Assembly (NCBI RefSeq): GCF_009914755.1
Contig: NC_060927.1
From: the human T2T-CHM13v2.0 reference genome, Homo sapiens
DNA length: 64,000 bases
Strand: one strand, 5' to 3'
Shown here piece by piece: positions 1 to 31,517 of this stretch. The notes beneath the pieces were generated by a model. That model saw only the letters and a list, made by a program, of their open reading frames with translations, was not told where the DNA came from and searched no databases. Position 1 is the first letter of the stretch, and every line of letters starts with the position of its first letter. Position numbers and translations under genes: made by a program.

Positions 1-419
1 TTTTTGTTTTGTTTTGCTTTCCTAAATATGAAAATAAATGAAAACTTACTCGTTGTAAAAAAAAAAGTATCATTAGATATTTTTAAATATTCTGAGTAAA
101 AGTATTCTCCATTCTGTGCTTCTTAATGGCATGGTATATACAAAAGGACCTTGTTCCTAAATATAAAAAAGGATTATAATTACTGTATTAGATTATTACT
201 CTGTAACCAGGGGATTTCCTAACTTCTCAGATTATAAAATTACTTCTTATAAAAGCTTACTAATCACCTGTGAAAAATGTAAATATTGTTAAATGTAACC
301 ACTTTTGATCCTAGAAAGGAAAGGGGTTCCTTAAAAATCCAAATACGCTAATTAAAGTTATTTGCATCTATGATTCTGGTGTCCCACCCACCCTCTTCTT
401 TAAAGATAATCACACCTAA

Positions 420-660
420 CCTAGAGAAGTCAAATTCAGAGAGATCGAAAGTAGAATGGTGGTTGCTAGTGCCTAGGATGAGGAGAATGGGGAGTTATTG
501 TTTAATGGGTATAGAGTTACAGTTTTGTAAGATGAAAAGCATTCTGTGGATGGATGTCAGTAATGGTTACACAACAATATGAATGTACGTAATGCCTCTG
601 AACTGCACACTTAAAAATGGTTAGAATGGTAAATTTTGTTATGTATATTTTCACAATTGT
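420..660 (+). mobile_element. Old L1M (L1MB/MC-like) 3' end fragment
   Basis: Typical L1M 3'UTR motifs (agtagaatggtggttgc; gagttattgtttaatgggtatagagtt; gaactgcacacttaaaaatgg). Subfamily from recall. Confidence 0.65.
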
Positions 661-1245
661 TTTTTAAGAAATAACCACACCTAGAACAAGTCATTACAGC
701 TGTGTCACCACCTAATCCAGGATACTGGAAAAGCCTAATTTCAAATTTTCTTTAATGCGTATATGCTGTTCTCCTTTTTTAAAATTTTATTCTGCGTAAA
801 ACGACTGGAGTACTTGACATAGGAAACAAAGTGCCTACCAAATGGCCTCACTAAATTTTTGGTAAATGAATGAAATAAAAAGTCAAATACTATGCATTTT
901 TAAATCTTTGGTAAAAACTAATCTTGGAGTGGGAGGAGGGTGAGCGTTGTAAAACTACCTATCAGATACTATGCTCGCTACCTGGGTAATGAAATCATTT
1001 GTATACCAAACCCCAGTGACACAAAATTTACCCTTGTAACACATTTGCACATTCCCCCGACCCTAAAATAAAAGTCAAAAAAGGGGAAAAAAAATCTTCT
1101 CTCAGGCTCCTGGGCTGCCTCAGTTACTTTGGGCATGCCACTTTACCTTTGAAAGCCTCAACTTCTCCATTTATAAAATAAACATGTTAGCTAAGAATAT
1201 CAATAAGGTCCCTTCTAGCTCTAACAATCTTATTCTTGAAGGTAA

Positions 1246-2030
<785 letters not shown>

Positions 2031-2339
2031 CTATCTTATTCTAATCCAGTCTTTGGAAAATTAAGCATAAAAATTGTTTGATTCTCTCCCTTTTTATTTT
2101 GATGAACCATGTTGAATTTGCTTGAGAGATGGTTTATCTTGATTTGCAAAAGACAAAGCATATATAAATTGATGGATGGAATATTCTTTAAGAATAATTA
2201 ATAAACCTTTGACATTTATTAAGTTTAGAATTATAAAAGAAGTCTCTATAATTTTTCAAAAGCTTTGCATCTTTCTCTTATGTATTAATATATTGCTAGA
2301 GGACTTTTAAAGTGTGCTTTACTTCTTTATGTGCTTGGC

Positions 2340-3665
2340 AAAAAATTGTAAAATTCTAACAATATTTAAGTGCCTACTGTGCACCAGACGCTATTCCAAG
2401 AACTAGAGATACAGTAGTGAACAAAACAAAGTCCCTGTTCCTGCTGTCATAGAACTTACATTCTAATGGAGAGAAGTAGACAGTAAGCAAACATACGTCA
2501 GTTGGTAATAAGTGCCGAAAAAAAAAGGAAGGGAGAGAGTTGCTCTTTCAGATAGACTGCTCAAAGAAAATCACTCTGATGAGATAAAAAGTGGGCAGAA
2601 ACTTTAAAATAAAAGCCCTATAGATATCTATAATGGGGAGGAATATTCCAGGCTGTGGGCATAGCAAGAGTGAATACCCTTAAAACAGGAGCTTCCTTCA
2701 CAAATTGACAGCAAAGTAGACCAGGTGCGACTATGGTGAAGTAAACAAGAGAGTGGTAGGAAATGACACCTGAGAAAGAGCTAAGACCCAGATCATGTAA
2801 CTAGATGAGTAAGCCAGTGAGAGAGTGGTAGGAAATGGCACCTGAGAAAGAGCTAAGACCCGGATCATGTAACTGGATGAGTAAGCCAGTGAGAGAGTGG
2901 TAGGAAATGACATTGGAGAGCTAAGGGCCATGTGAGACCTTGTCGGCCATGGTAAGAACTTAGTTTTCATTCTGAGTGAGAAGGGAGACCATTGAGAATT
3001 TTAGTAAGCCTATGCATCTAGACTGTGAACTTCACAGGTCTCAGTTCACTACAACCCCCTTGGGTTGGGCAGGGTAGCTAGAGCGGGCTAGAGTTGGGTA
3101 TTTCCCTTCCCCCAAGTCAGTTAGGCTCTGATAAAACCCCAGCAGGTTAGCTTCTCATTAAATAGCTTCTCCTGAGGGCAGACCTTGTTAAGAAGAACAA
3201 AATGCTCTGGCGTATTTCAAAATGGCTCCTTTTCCCCACCCACTACCAGAGGCATGGATAATCACCCTGAGGACCTGTGAGAGATCCAGGAGCTTAAAAA
3301 AAATTGGGGAGCGGGGAAGAGGGAATGGCTAGGTCCCTCTGACTTGTCCACACTGATCCTTCAGGTTTACCTATCCTGGTACTTGTTCCATTGGAGGCTT
3401 CAGCGGCTAGTTTCTGCTCTGGTAAGTTGTGATTCTCTACATTCACTTGCTTTCAGTCCCTCCAATTTTGGAGGCAGTAGTATGCCCAGTAACCTTACTT
3501 ATTTTATGGATCTTATGAAGAAGAGCTGTTGATTTTTGGTTTGTCTAGCTTTTTACTTGTTGTTAGGACTGAGTAGCAACTTCCAAGATTTTTACATGCC
3601 AGTCTGGAAACAAGAAGTCAACAAACATCACCATTGAAAATTTTGAACAAGGTTGTGACATCCCA
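2340..3665 (-). mobile_element. L2 fragment carrying a 72-bp tandem duplication and a TSD-flanked old L1 5'-end insert (3003-3629)
   Basis: L2 motifs (tgcctactgtgcaccag; gaacaaaacaaagtccctg; ggccatggtaagaacttag); insert bounded by accattgagaatttt (2988-3002) and accattgaaaatttt (3630-3644). Confidence 0.55.
2749..2912. repeat. 72-bp tandem repeat, about 2.3 copies
   Basis: gagagtggtaggaaatg starts at 2749, 2821 and 2893; copies 1 and 2 differ at three A/G positions. Confidence 0.9.
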
Positions 3666-3710
3666 TTAGATTGTTTCACCGCGGCCTCGATGTAAAACAT
3701 TTTTGGATTT

Positions 3711-4972
<1,262 letters not shown>

Positions 4973-5423
4973 TTAAGACATCCAAGCAACCACCATTTGA
5001 ATTTTGCCTTAGGCCTAATAGCAACTCAAGTTGCACTGAAAATCATTTTGAGTGCAACTTATTGGAAGTAGGTTGTAGCTTGCCAGTGTCAGTGTTAAGA
5101 AATTAAGAAGGGAGAGTGTTAATATATCTGTTAAGAGAGTGCATTTGAGAGTCAGCCTCATATGCAATCATTTCTTTGATAGTTGTCTGGCTTTAGAGAA
5201 AGCCACTTAACCTTTCAAAGCCTTTTTTCCCCCGCTTTAAGCTCTACCTACAGCAACTAAGTTAACTTCTCATCTAGCCTATTTTTTTCCTTCTCAGACA
5301 TCAGAATAACTGTATCTTCTAGTATTCGCTGAATTGATCATAATCTCCATTGCCTGATTCACATTTCACTCCCGCTTCTATCTTCTGCCGTTCATTTAAC
5401 AGCAAAAGTTATTAAATATCTTC

Positions 5424-5970
5424 TGCAGAAATAAATGAAGACCAACCAAATGAGAAAAGCCTATTTATTCTGAGCCTGCTGTAGCAAGGGAGTCCACCAC
5501 TATCACTTGCGTTTTGGCAGAGACTCAAGGCAGGCAGAAGAGTAGGAGAGCTGTATAGTGGGGGAAAAAAGAGAAGACTTCGCATTTGCCCTGATTGCAA
5601 GTTGTCATGGGGAAGCTGTAGGTGAGCTAACTAGAAATGGGGACATCTTGCGTGATTGGTTAGGGGTACATATTTGGCTCTCTCTGGTTGGTCTCAAGTT
5701 GGAAATAGGGACAAAATTACGAAAGCTGTCAGTTATTAATGAAGTTCTTGCCATTTGGCACCAATTGTTATAGAAGTTACTGGTTAGTTTCCTGAATTTT
5801 CACTAGTGATAGAAATCTGGTTTCCTGCCAGTCTGACATACCAGACTGACTTCCTGAGTTGTTTATTGTAAATGAGGGGTTGGCTTCCTGGGCAGGTTGC
5901 TGCAGGTTATGTCAAAAAATCCATATTTACATATGGTCTCTCCATTGTCTCTTCATATATTCAGTCTTTC
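5424..5970 (-). mobile_element. Probable old LTR (ERVL-type), antisense
   Basis: TG/CA-like ends and a minus-strand polyA signal (tttatt, about 5464); family uncertain. Confidence 0.35.
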
Positions 5971-6155
5971 ACTGCTTTGAATCATTCACAATTATTTTGA
6001 ATTGACGTCTTTACCATAGGTTAGAAGGTTAATGTCTTTCTGACATGCTTAATTTAGCATCATGTGCCATAGGAAGAATTTGGCAAGCTGAAATTTTCAT
6101 TTTACTTTTGCTAGCACTTATATACTATTACTCTTTTAACTTTCAGTGGTTACCA

Positions 6156-7244
6156 ATGACACAGGAGCTGAGCTTCCAAAAATTTATTGAACAATCTGAC
6201 TTACTAGGAGAACTTAAATATGACTTCAATGAAAAAGATGAATTCAGACATACTGAGACACAAAGGCCTTTTGTCTTTAACTATTATGAAAATGTCCTTG
6301 AGAAAAATAGCAAGCGCTACCAGGCCCTTGGCCATTTGCTTGAACAATACATTTATGAGCTTTTGGAGAAAGTGTGCAAATTAGAAAAAGTATATATCCC
6401 ACCTGAGGCTGATAAAGAAGAACCAAGAAGCTTCTTTTTCATGAGCGAGAAAGCATTAACAAATCACCATTCTGCTCTTCTTATCCTTCTTCAAGACCAT
6501 GGGGTCTTTCGAGCTGGTCAGTGGAGTCAACAGGCAATAATACATCATGGTCTCCAACATGGAAGTCAGATACCATGTATTCAAATGGCATTGCAGGCAC
6601 ACTATGATGTAATTGTGCTAAACCCCAATGATAATTTTGTGGAACCAAAGGTGGAAAAAGAGTGGAAAGGCCTTTTAACACAAAATATTGAGTCATCTTC
6701 TCTAAAAATGGTTCAAGGTGGGAGCTTTTTCTCTCTCCAGCATCCTCCCAAATGCATTCCAAAAAGATGCAGCAACACCCCCGAAGAACACACGGCTTAC
6801 ATATGGGATTACTTCATTTCAAAGACTGAAGGCAAGGATATTGCCTTCATTGTACATGGTTATGGAGGCTTGGTTTTTATGGACTTGCTTGTTCGTAGAA
6901 GGTGGGAAGTGATGAGCAAAGTATATGCTGTTGCACTTATCGACTCTGAACATCACGTAGGACACCAGCTGGGAAGTGATGTACAATTATTAGCATGGAT
7001 AAAGCACCACTGCCGTGAATGGGTGACAAGTCCTAAGCCTTTGGATAAACCTGCAGCTACTGTTTTCAAAAAGGAATTTCCTATGGTTTCTGCTGGCACA
7101 GAAAAGTACATCTTAGCCCCTTCCTCTAGCCTTCAGTCAATTTTTAAGTACTTTAAAAAAGCTTTAAAAGCCAGAACAACCATTAATTTCTCTCGAATGC
7201 CAATAGTGACTAGAAGCTCCACAAAAAGAAAGCAAAGTGCTTAA
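6156..7244 (+). CDS. ARB2BP: ARB2BP/FAM172BP: intact intronless 362-aa paralog of ARB2A/FAM172A (Arb2-domain alpha/beta-hydrolase fold); classed as a pseudogene in humans
   Basis: FAM172 motifs [45 protein letters not shown]; no stop or frameshift. ATG 6156 follows the acceptor ctcttttaactttcag|6147. Confidence 0.85.
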   Translation: MTQELSFQKFIEQSDLLGELKYDFNEKDEFRHTETQRPFVFNYYENVLEKNSKRYQALGHLLEQYIYELLEKVCKLEKVYIPPEADKEEPRSFFFMSEKALTNHHSALLILLQDHGVFRAGQWSQQAIIHHGLQHGSQIPCIQMALQAHYDVIVLNPNDNFVEPKVEKEWKGLLTQNIESSSLKMVQGGSFFSLQHPPKCIPKRCSNTPEEHTAYIWDYFISKTEGKDIAFIVHGYGGLVFMDLLVRRRWEVMSKVYAVALIDSEHHVGHQLGSDVQLLAWIKHHCREWVTSPKPLDKPAATVFKKEFPMVSAGTEKYILAPSSSLQSIFKYFKKALKARTTINFSRMPIVTRSSTKRKQSA

Positions 7245-7349
7245 ACTACTTTTGTCATCTAAGATTTTTTTGTCCTTCTGCAACTTTGCTAATACAGATT
7301 CTGGAAGAAAAAAGAACACTTTCAACTCACACACAATATGATGTTCTGG

Positions 7350-7814
<465 letters not shown>

Positions 7815-8138
7815 ATTTTGTTGCTTTTTTGAAAAGTGAACATATTCTCTCTTTTGTAGCCTGTTGATGAACTGGGAATTCAGTGTCATCGTTAATATTT
7901 TACAGTGTTAGTTAAGTGTGAAGATCTTTCTTTTAAAAAGCTGTGGTTTGATATAATGACAACAAAATGGCAATTGATAAAAATTAGATATTGAATCAAT
8001 CTTTGATTTCTATAATAATACCATAGTAAAATTACAAGTGAACATAAAAATTAAACATCATAAGCAAACTGCATTCTTTGTGTGTTTATGTTTTTTGTTA
8101 AAATTTGTTGTACTCCCTGTTCACCAGGTCTGAAGAAA

Positions 8139-8649
<511 letters not shown>

Positions 8650-8888
8650 AAGGGTGCTATGGAATATCTACCATGAGAGCTAACCAGCCTTGGGGTTCAG
8701 GGAATATTTCCCAAAGAAAATGATGCTTAGTTTGAAGAACAATAGTAGTTGGCTAGGGGAACAAAGTCACAGGCAAATGAACAGCCTATGCAAAGGTGTT
8801 CAGGCAGGAGAAAGAAGGCTAGCTCAGCTACAGCTGAAAGACTGAGAAGGAATAGCATGTTCAGAAATAAATTATTTATGACACTTGT

Positions 8889-11628
<2,740 letters not shown>

Positions 11629-11800
11629 CTTGTTGAAGACAGTAAGGAAGATCTTATACAAGGACTACTGCAGTGAGGAATTTGCAGTAGGAGAGAAAGA
11701 TCAGGCTCAACTCTGAATACAAGGACTAGTGGAGATTTATAGCCAAGGAGCAAGGTGGGGTCAGTGGATGAAAAATTACTAAAAGAAAATATCAGGGCTA

Positions 11801-12263
11801 TGTGATGGTTAATACTGAGTGTCAACTTGATTGGATTAAAGGATACAAAGTTTTGATCTTGCGTGTGTCTGTGAGGGTGTTGCCAAAAGAGATTAACATT
11901 TGAGTCAGTGGACTGGGGAAAACAGATCCACCCTTAATCTGGTGGGCACTATCTAATCAGCTTCCAGCGAATATAAAGCAGGCAGAAAAACATGAAAAAA
12001 GAGAGATGGGCCTAGCCTCACAGCCTACATCTTTCTCGTGTGCTGGATGCTTCCTGCCCTTGAACATCGGTTCCAGGTTCTTCAGTTTTGGGACTCAGAC
12101 TGGCTCTCCTTGCTCCTCAGCTCGCAGACAGCCTATTGTGGGACCTTGTGATCATGTAAATTAATACTTAATAAACTTCCCTCACCCCCCCACCCCCGCC
12201 CCCCCCCCCAACACACACATATCCTATTAGTTCTGTCTCTGTAAGAAAACCCTGACTAATACA
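11801..12263 (+). mobile_element. MLT2A-type (HERV-L) solo LTR
   Basis: Starts tgtgatggttaatactgagtgtcaacttg, ends ctaataca; perfect TSD GGCTA (11796-11800/12264-12268). Confidence 0.85.
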
Positions 12264-12749
12264 GGCTAAGAGAGATTCTTGCTAAGGCAGGCCAGGGTGA
12301 TAAGATATCATGCATGGAGGGTGAGGAATTTGATCAGATATCAAAGGTTTTCAGCTATCAAGGATGGAGATTTTCACTAAAATGACTCAAGAGGATTCCT
12401 TTTTTTTTTTCCTTTTCTTGAGACTGGGTCTCACTCTCACCCATGCTGAAATGCAGTGGTACAATTATGGCTCACTGCAGCCTTGACCTCCTAAGCCTCA
12501 TGTGACTTTCACACCTCAGCTTTTTGAGTGGCTGGGACTACAGGCAAGTGCCACCAAAACCTCACTATTTTTAAAACTTTTTGTAGAGATGAGGTCTTGC
12601 TCTGTTGCCCAGGCTGGTCACAAACTCCTGGGCTCAAGCAATTCTCCTGCCTTGGCCTCCCACAGTGCTGGGATTACAGGCATGAGCCACTGTGCCCAGC
12701 CCTAACAGGATTCTTGCTAAAACTGGACTAAGCAGGCTAACTGAAACTA

Positions 12750-12799
12750 TTAGGTTGGTGCAAAAGTTATTGTATTTTTTGCCATTTAAATGGCAAAAA
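12750..12799. mobile_element. Partial MADE1 (Hsmar1 MITE)
   Basis: Hsmar1 TIR ttaggttggtgcaaaagt and central ttttgccatt...aatggcaaaa palindrome; right TIR absent. Confidence 0.8.
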
Positions 12800-12858
12800 A
12801 AAAAAAAAATGAAGTAGCTCAACTCAGTTGTGGTTATAAGATTATATTGCTCTGGGAG

Positions 12859-13545
<687 letters not shown>

Positions 13546-13987
13546 AAAGTAACGATTCTTTGCTTGGCCAAACTTTACTCAGGCTCCTGAACCTTGCTCT
13601 AGGCCCACTGTGCACTTCCTTGTAAAATCCAATTTTAGTAAAGAACCCTGCTAAGTCAGTTTAGCAAGAATCCCTCACCCTTAATGCCAGATCACCCTCA
13701 ATACCTGATCAGGTTTCTCATCCTCTACCACCCACAAGTGATGCCTGATCACCCTGGCCTATCCTCAGCAAAAATCCTGTTAGGTTGGTTTGGCCATAAT
13801 CCTCCTTATCCTTGATGTTTCCTCTTAGGAAATTTTCATCTATTGACCCCACCCTACTACTTGGCTATAAATTCCTACTTGCTAATATTGTGGTGCCATT
13901 GCTGTGGTCCCTATACCTATTGCATGGTCTTGAATAAAGTCTTCCTCACTATGCTTTAACAAGTATCATTGAAGAATTTTTTCAACA
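13546..13987 (+). mobile_element. MER31-like solo LTR
   Basis: Same family as the antisense copies at about 8858-12750 and 16561-16882; AATAAA and ttcaaca end. Confidence 0.55.
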
Positions 13988-14483
13988 ATTTCAGCCCAAA
14001 TAGACCAAAGCAGAATGTTTATCTTGTCATTTCAAAATATTTCATGTTTTGATAAACAGCTCTGTATATTTAGAAACAGTTTTTCTATGCAAAACATCAT
14101 CATTTTTGCTCCAGACAGGAAATGCTTGTGTTGAAAACACAGCTTATTTTAAGCTTTCTCTCCTAGTCCCTTATTATTCCCTTACTCTGACTTCTGATAT
14201 TGATCTATCTTTGCAGCTTGAAGTCAATAAAGAACATCTCTGCTTTTTTGGCTGTCAACTGAAAACCAGGGATGTATGCTGACAGAGACTGATATGGGAG
14301 GCCTTTAGGGAAATCCTAAAACCTCTGATATCACCATGTAATGATTTTTTTTGCTTTCTTGTGGAAAATGTTGGAGATAATTGATCAATTGATCATTGTT
14401 CTTAAGCAAGGCACACGAAAATTGGTGTATTACTTTCCAATACTAGACCAAATATAGCTCAACAAAAAAGGAGAACATGTTAT

Positions 14484-15243
14484 TGAAGCAGCTGCATTGT
14501 CTGAGACATCACCTGAGATTCTTTGTCTCATGGCCATGAAAATCAAGGACACAGACACACAGAGGGTGAGGTTGGAGCAGAAGTTTAACAGGTGAAAGGA
14601 AAAGAACAGCTCTCTGTCACAGAGAGGGATCCCAAATGGGTTGCTGTGCTGCAGTAAAATGTAAGGGTTTTATAAATGAGCTAGTGGGGAGGGGGTATCT
14701 TATCTACATAGGGCATGAAAAACCAGTTAGAACCAGGTGTCCCATCTGCATAGAGCAGAGTCTCTGGCAGCCTCCACCCCCCTCCTTTATCATGCAGTTG
14801 GGCTCTTAGCTTGGGCTACTCCACACTGCTTATCTCCTTCCACCATGCATATGCTAAAAAGCAGAGGGGGAGTTTCTGTGCCTGGTCGCAGGTACCTCAT
14901 TGTAACTGCAGGCATCCGCCACCCTGCGCAAGCTTCCAGTTTCCCTATATTAGTGTCCCCCAAAAAGGGAAAGGAATGTGCTCATTAAGGCCCACTGTCT
15001 TTACTGGGACCCATTGTATGTATATGAAGTTTGGTGATTACCCAGGAAACTCTCCCTCCGTGTCAGAGTTGCTTATCTATTTTTATAGCCCAATCTTCTA
15101 GGCTGTTTCTATTAGAAGTGATTTCTTTGAACTTCACGTGGTTAGAAAGGAAGTAATTTCTGAGCTGCTTTTTGTTAGAAGAAAAGTTTCTGTCAGGGAC
15201 TCTTTTACCCTAACTACCTAAATAATTTCTATCTCCTCTATCA
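14484..15243 (-). mobile_element. ERV1 solo LTR (MER61-like, tentative)
   Basis: TG...CA termini with 4-bp TSD TTAT (14480-14483/15244-15247). Confidence 0.7.
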
Positions 15244-15321
15244 TTATTTTTACAGATTTGCTATGGGAAGTCTCATTAACTGGAAATTACACTTATTTGC
15301 TTTTCAATGTTTCTTCAAAAG

Positions 15322-15511
15322 CAATGGTTCTCTAAATTTAGAATGCATCAGTATAACCTGGAAGTCTTGTTAAGACAAAGATTGCTGGGGCCCACTGTCA
15401 GCATTTCTGATTCAGTAAAATCAGTAGGTGAAGGCCAAAAATTTCCACTTCTAACCAGTTCCTAAGTGATGGTGATGCTGCTGGTCCAAGGACCACATTT
15501 CATGAACCACT
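15322..15511. mobile_element. MER5A hAT-Charlie MITE
   Basis: caatggttctc...gaaccactg TIRs; tttctgattcagt core. Confidence 0.8.
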
Positions 15512-15799
15512 GTTAGAAAGACTAAGAATGCACTGGGCATGGTGGCTCACACCTGTAATCCTAACATTTTGGGAGGCCAAGGCGGGTGGATCACTTGAGG
15601 TCAGGAATTAGAGACCAGCCTGGCCAACATGGTGAAACCCTGTCTCTACTAAAAATACAAAAATTAACTGGAAATCACTTGAACCCAGGAGGCAGAGGTT
15701 GCGGTGAGCTGAGATCGTGCCACTGCACTCCAGCCTGGGATACAGAGCAAGACTCCATCTTAAAAAAAACAGAAAAGAAAAGAAATGATAAGAATGGCT

Positions 15800-16546
15800 T
15801 GTAAAGGAAAAGAAAAATCTCAGGATGCCCAAACTCATTATGCCAAGGGGAGAGTTAAGCCTGGGAAATGAGTCATGCAACATTGCCATCCTTTTTCCCC
15901 AAACAGATAACTGTTACTTTGAAACCCTGTGTCAAACCACATCCCCACAGACAAAAGGCTTCATGCCTCTCCAAAGGGCTGCCCTCACAAATTGTTTACA
16001 AGGAAACTTTGGTGGCTCCTAAATCTTTCAGGACATATATCCTTCTATAAAATAAGCACTTACCAATTGTTACCATAGGTCTGCAACCTGTTTAACTTTT
16101 AAAACTAAGATATGTTAAATCTCACATTGACAATGTCAGTTACAAGTTTATCTTCACAGGTCAGAACAAGGACAAGATGAGATCAATCATTCTTCTGCCT
16201 ACATTGAAACGACTGTATAATTGACTCTTTATTCCCTTTTCTTTGAATGTTCACATTATCTTATGTAAAATGTAGATTACTGGGTACTAACTGGAACCTC
16301 ACAAGAATGTAATCATTTGCCTCACTTCCTACCCTCCCCCACCCCCACCCCACCTCCACATTTTCCTGAATGTTCTCTCCTCCTTAAAGAAAAATGTAAA
16401 TACTGAGCTTCCTGAAAACCTCTTTGGAGAGCACAGGCCACAGATGCCTCTTTGACTTGGGATTTTCCCAGGGGCATCCTCAAACTCTGGCTCAATAAAC
16501 TTCAACTGATTGAGACTCCTGCCTCAGTCTTTCATTTCAGTTGACA
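15800..16546 (+). mobile_element. ERV1 solo LTR
   Basis: TG...CA termini, AATAAA near the 3' end, 4-bp TSD GGCT (15796-15799/16547-16550). Confidence 0.75.
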
Positions 16547-16882
16547 GGCTAGGGAGGTAATGTTAAAGAAAAAAATAATCAATGATACTTAATAAAGCAT
16601 GGTAAGGAAGACTATTCAGGACTGTGCAATCAGGATAGGGACTATAGTAGTGTGATTTTACAGTGAGGAAGAAAGTTGGTCTCAACTGTAAACAGCATGG
16701 GCAAGTGGGAATTTATAGCCAAGGAGTGGAGTGTCAGTGACAGAAAGTTCTCTGGAGGACAGGATAAAGGGGATTATGTCTAAACCTAACACAATTCTTG
16801 CTGAAAACAGGCCAGTGTGATCAAACATCAACTGGGGAATGATGGAAGATGAGGAACTTGATCATATATTTGCCAGGTGAGG

Positions 16883-20890
<4,008 letters not shown>

Positions 20891-20903
20891 AAAGTAGGAA
20901 AGT

Positions 20904-25575
<4,672 letters not shown>

Positions 25576-25686
25576 AGCCTACATTCCTAAAATTGGATTT
25601 TACAAAGAAGTGCACAGATGGGCTCAGGAGAAGTTTTGGGAACTTGAGTAAAGTTAGTTCAAGGAAACAATCCTTGTCAGTTATAT

Positions 25687-26955
<1,269 letters not shown>

Positions 26956-27781
26956 TTAAGAAAGTTAGATCTGGCTAGGCACAGTGCCTCATGCCTGTAA
27001 TCCCAGCACTTTGGGAGGCTGAGGCAGGCAGATCACCTGAGGTTGGAGTTTGAGACCAACCTGACCAACATGGAGAAACCCCATCTCAATTGAAAATACA
27101 AAATTAGCCAGGCATGGTGGCACAGGCCTGTAATCCCACCTACTCAGGAGGCTGAGGCAGGAGAATCACTTGAACCCGGGAGGCAGAGGTTGTGGGGTGA
27201 GCCAAGATCATGCCATTGCACTCCAGCCTGGGCAACAAGAGCAAAACTCCATCTCAAAAAAAAAAAAAGAGAAAGTTGAATCTACCTTACATGAAGTGTG
27301 AGTTATGATGGATATTATCAGCCCCATAGTTCCACCCCTGAGAAAAGCAACAAAAGGAGGTTGTTAGCTAAACCACTGTTTTGTTCACCCAAAGACTCAA
27401 ACTGAAATATTTATCTTTTCCTCCTGTAGTAAAGGAAGTGGTGCATTTCATAAGACCAATCTTCCTGTTGTTTTACAATAATGTGTCAACCTTAAATAAA
27501 AAGATTTAGAAAGTATGATTACCTATAGAGTTTACTAGAGCTCAAAGATTGAGGATGGCCACCCAGGAGCATACATTCAAGTTGCCCTGAATATACACTT
27601 CAATTAGCAGTAGTAACAGTGGGTTTTTAAAGCAGAAAAGAAGAGTCAGTTCCTAAATTATTTAGCAAGTATTTACATTAAAATAAACTACTGATTGGCT
27701 ATACATTTTTCTTTGTATCACAAATTCTAGGAACATGAAGATAATGGCTTAGGTAGCTAGTCAGGCATAAAATGCCTTTTA

Positions 27782-28103
<322 letters not shown>

Positions 28104-28658
28104 TTAATTTTTTTTTCTGTGGAAATAAGGGAAGGCACAGCTCTGACCTCTCCTTTTTCTTTCAGAATTTAATCCTCTGTCCTTTTCAAATGTATGTTAC
28201 ATCTTTATAATGGCTAAATAAACCTCTTCTAAGTCTCACAATTTAGGACCTGGGAGTCATGTTTCAAAATGTGTATTCAAGGGAGACAGCTCTCATAGTT
28301 CTTCTGGGAGGGTAAGAACTGAATTTTGGTGGGCAGGGTGCCTTGGCCCAATCTTCAAAACTATATCCTTATGAAAAGATTTAGGGAGTTTGCTTCTTCT
28401 CACTTGGATAAAACCAATTAGCTAACACTGGTGGTCCTCCTAACAATTATGCTAAACTTAAGATGAACTATATGTGACAAAATATGCTGTCAAGTTTTCT
28501 TACTTGAAGCCTATTTTTGTTTTTCTTGAAAACATGCATGTAATGGGTTGCATCTGCTTGTCAGTATAAAGGGGTGAGATTCCTTGTGTCTTTTCAATCT
28601 CTTAATGAGTCGCCTATGATGTCTATCACATTGTGGTTTAATGCTCATTCAATAATGA

Positions 28659-28844
<186 letters not shown>

Positions 28845-28962
28845 TAATATACCATTTCCTAAGTCCTGGAGCAATCAGGTAATAGAAGACACCACCTTCA
28901 GGCAGAGAGAGGAGGAAGCAGCCAAGGTATTACAGAGCAATGAATTTTGCAAAGCATTAAAC

Positions 28963-31428
<2,466 letters not shown>

Positions 31429-31517
31429 ACAGCACAATTCTTTTGTTTGGCCTCTGACTGTCGTTGTCCAAAGACTTTCATTTCATTAAAGTTTTAAAAA
31501 GCAAAAAAGGCCTGGCC

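Noticed and set aside
2749-2912. Direct repeats as a CRISPR-like array
   Set aside because: Head-to-tail repeat without unique spacers, in primate DNA, with no cas genes.
6045-6155. Hydrophobic 37-aa N-terminal extension (signal-peptide-like) of the 399-aa ORF
   Set aside because: It spans a polypyrimidine tract and AG acceptor at 6146, so it is most likely intronic; ATG 6156 is preferred. An unspliced isoform cannot be excluded from sequence alone.
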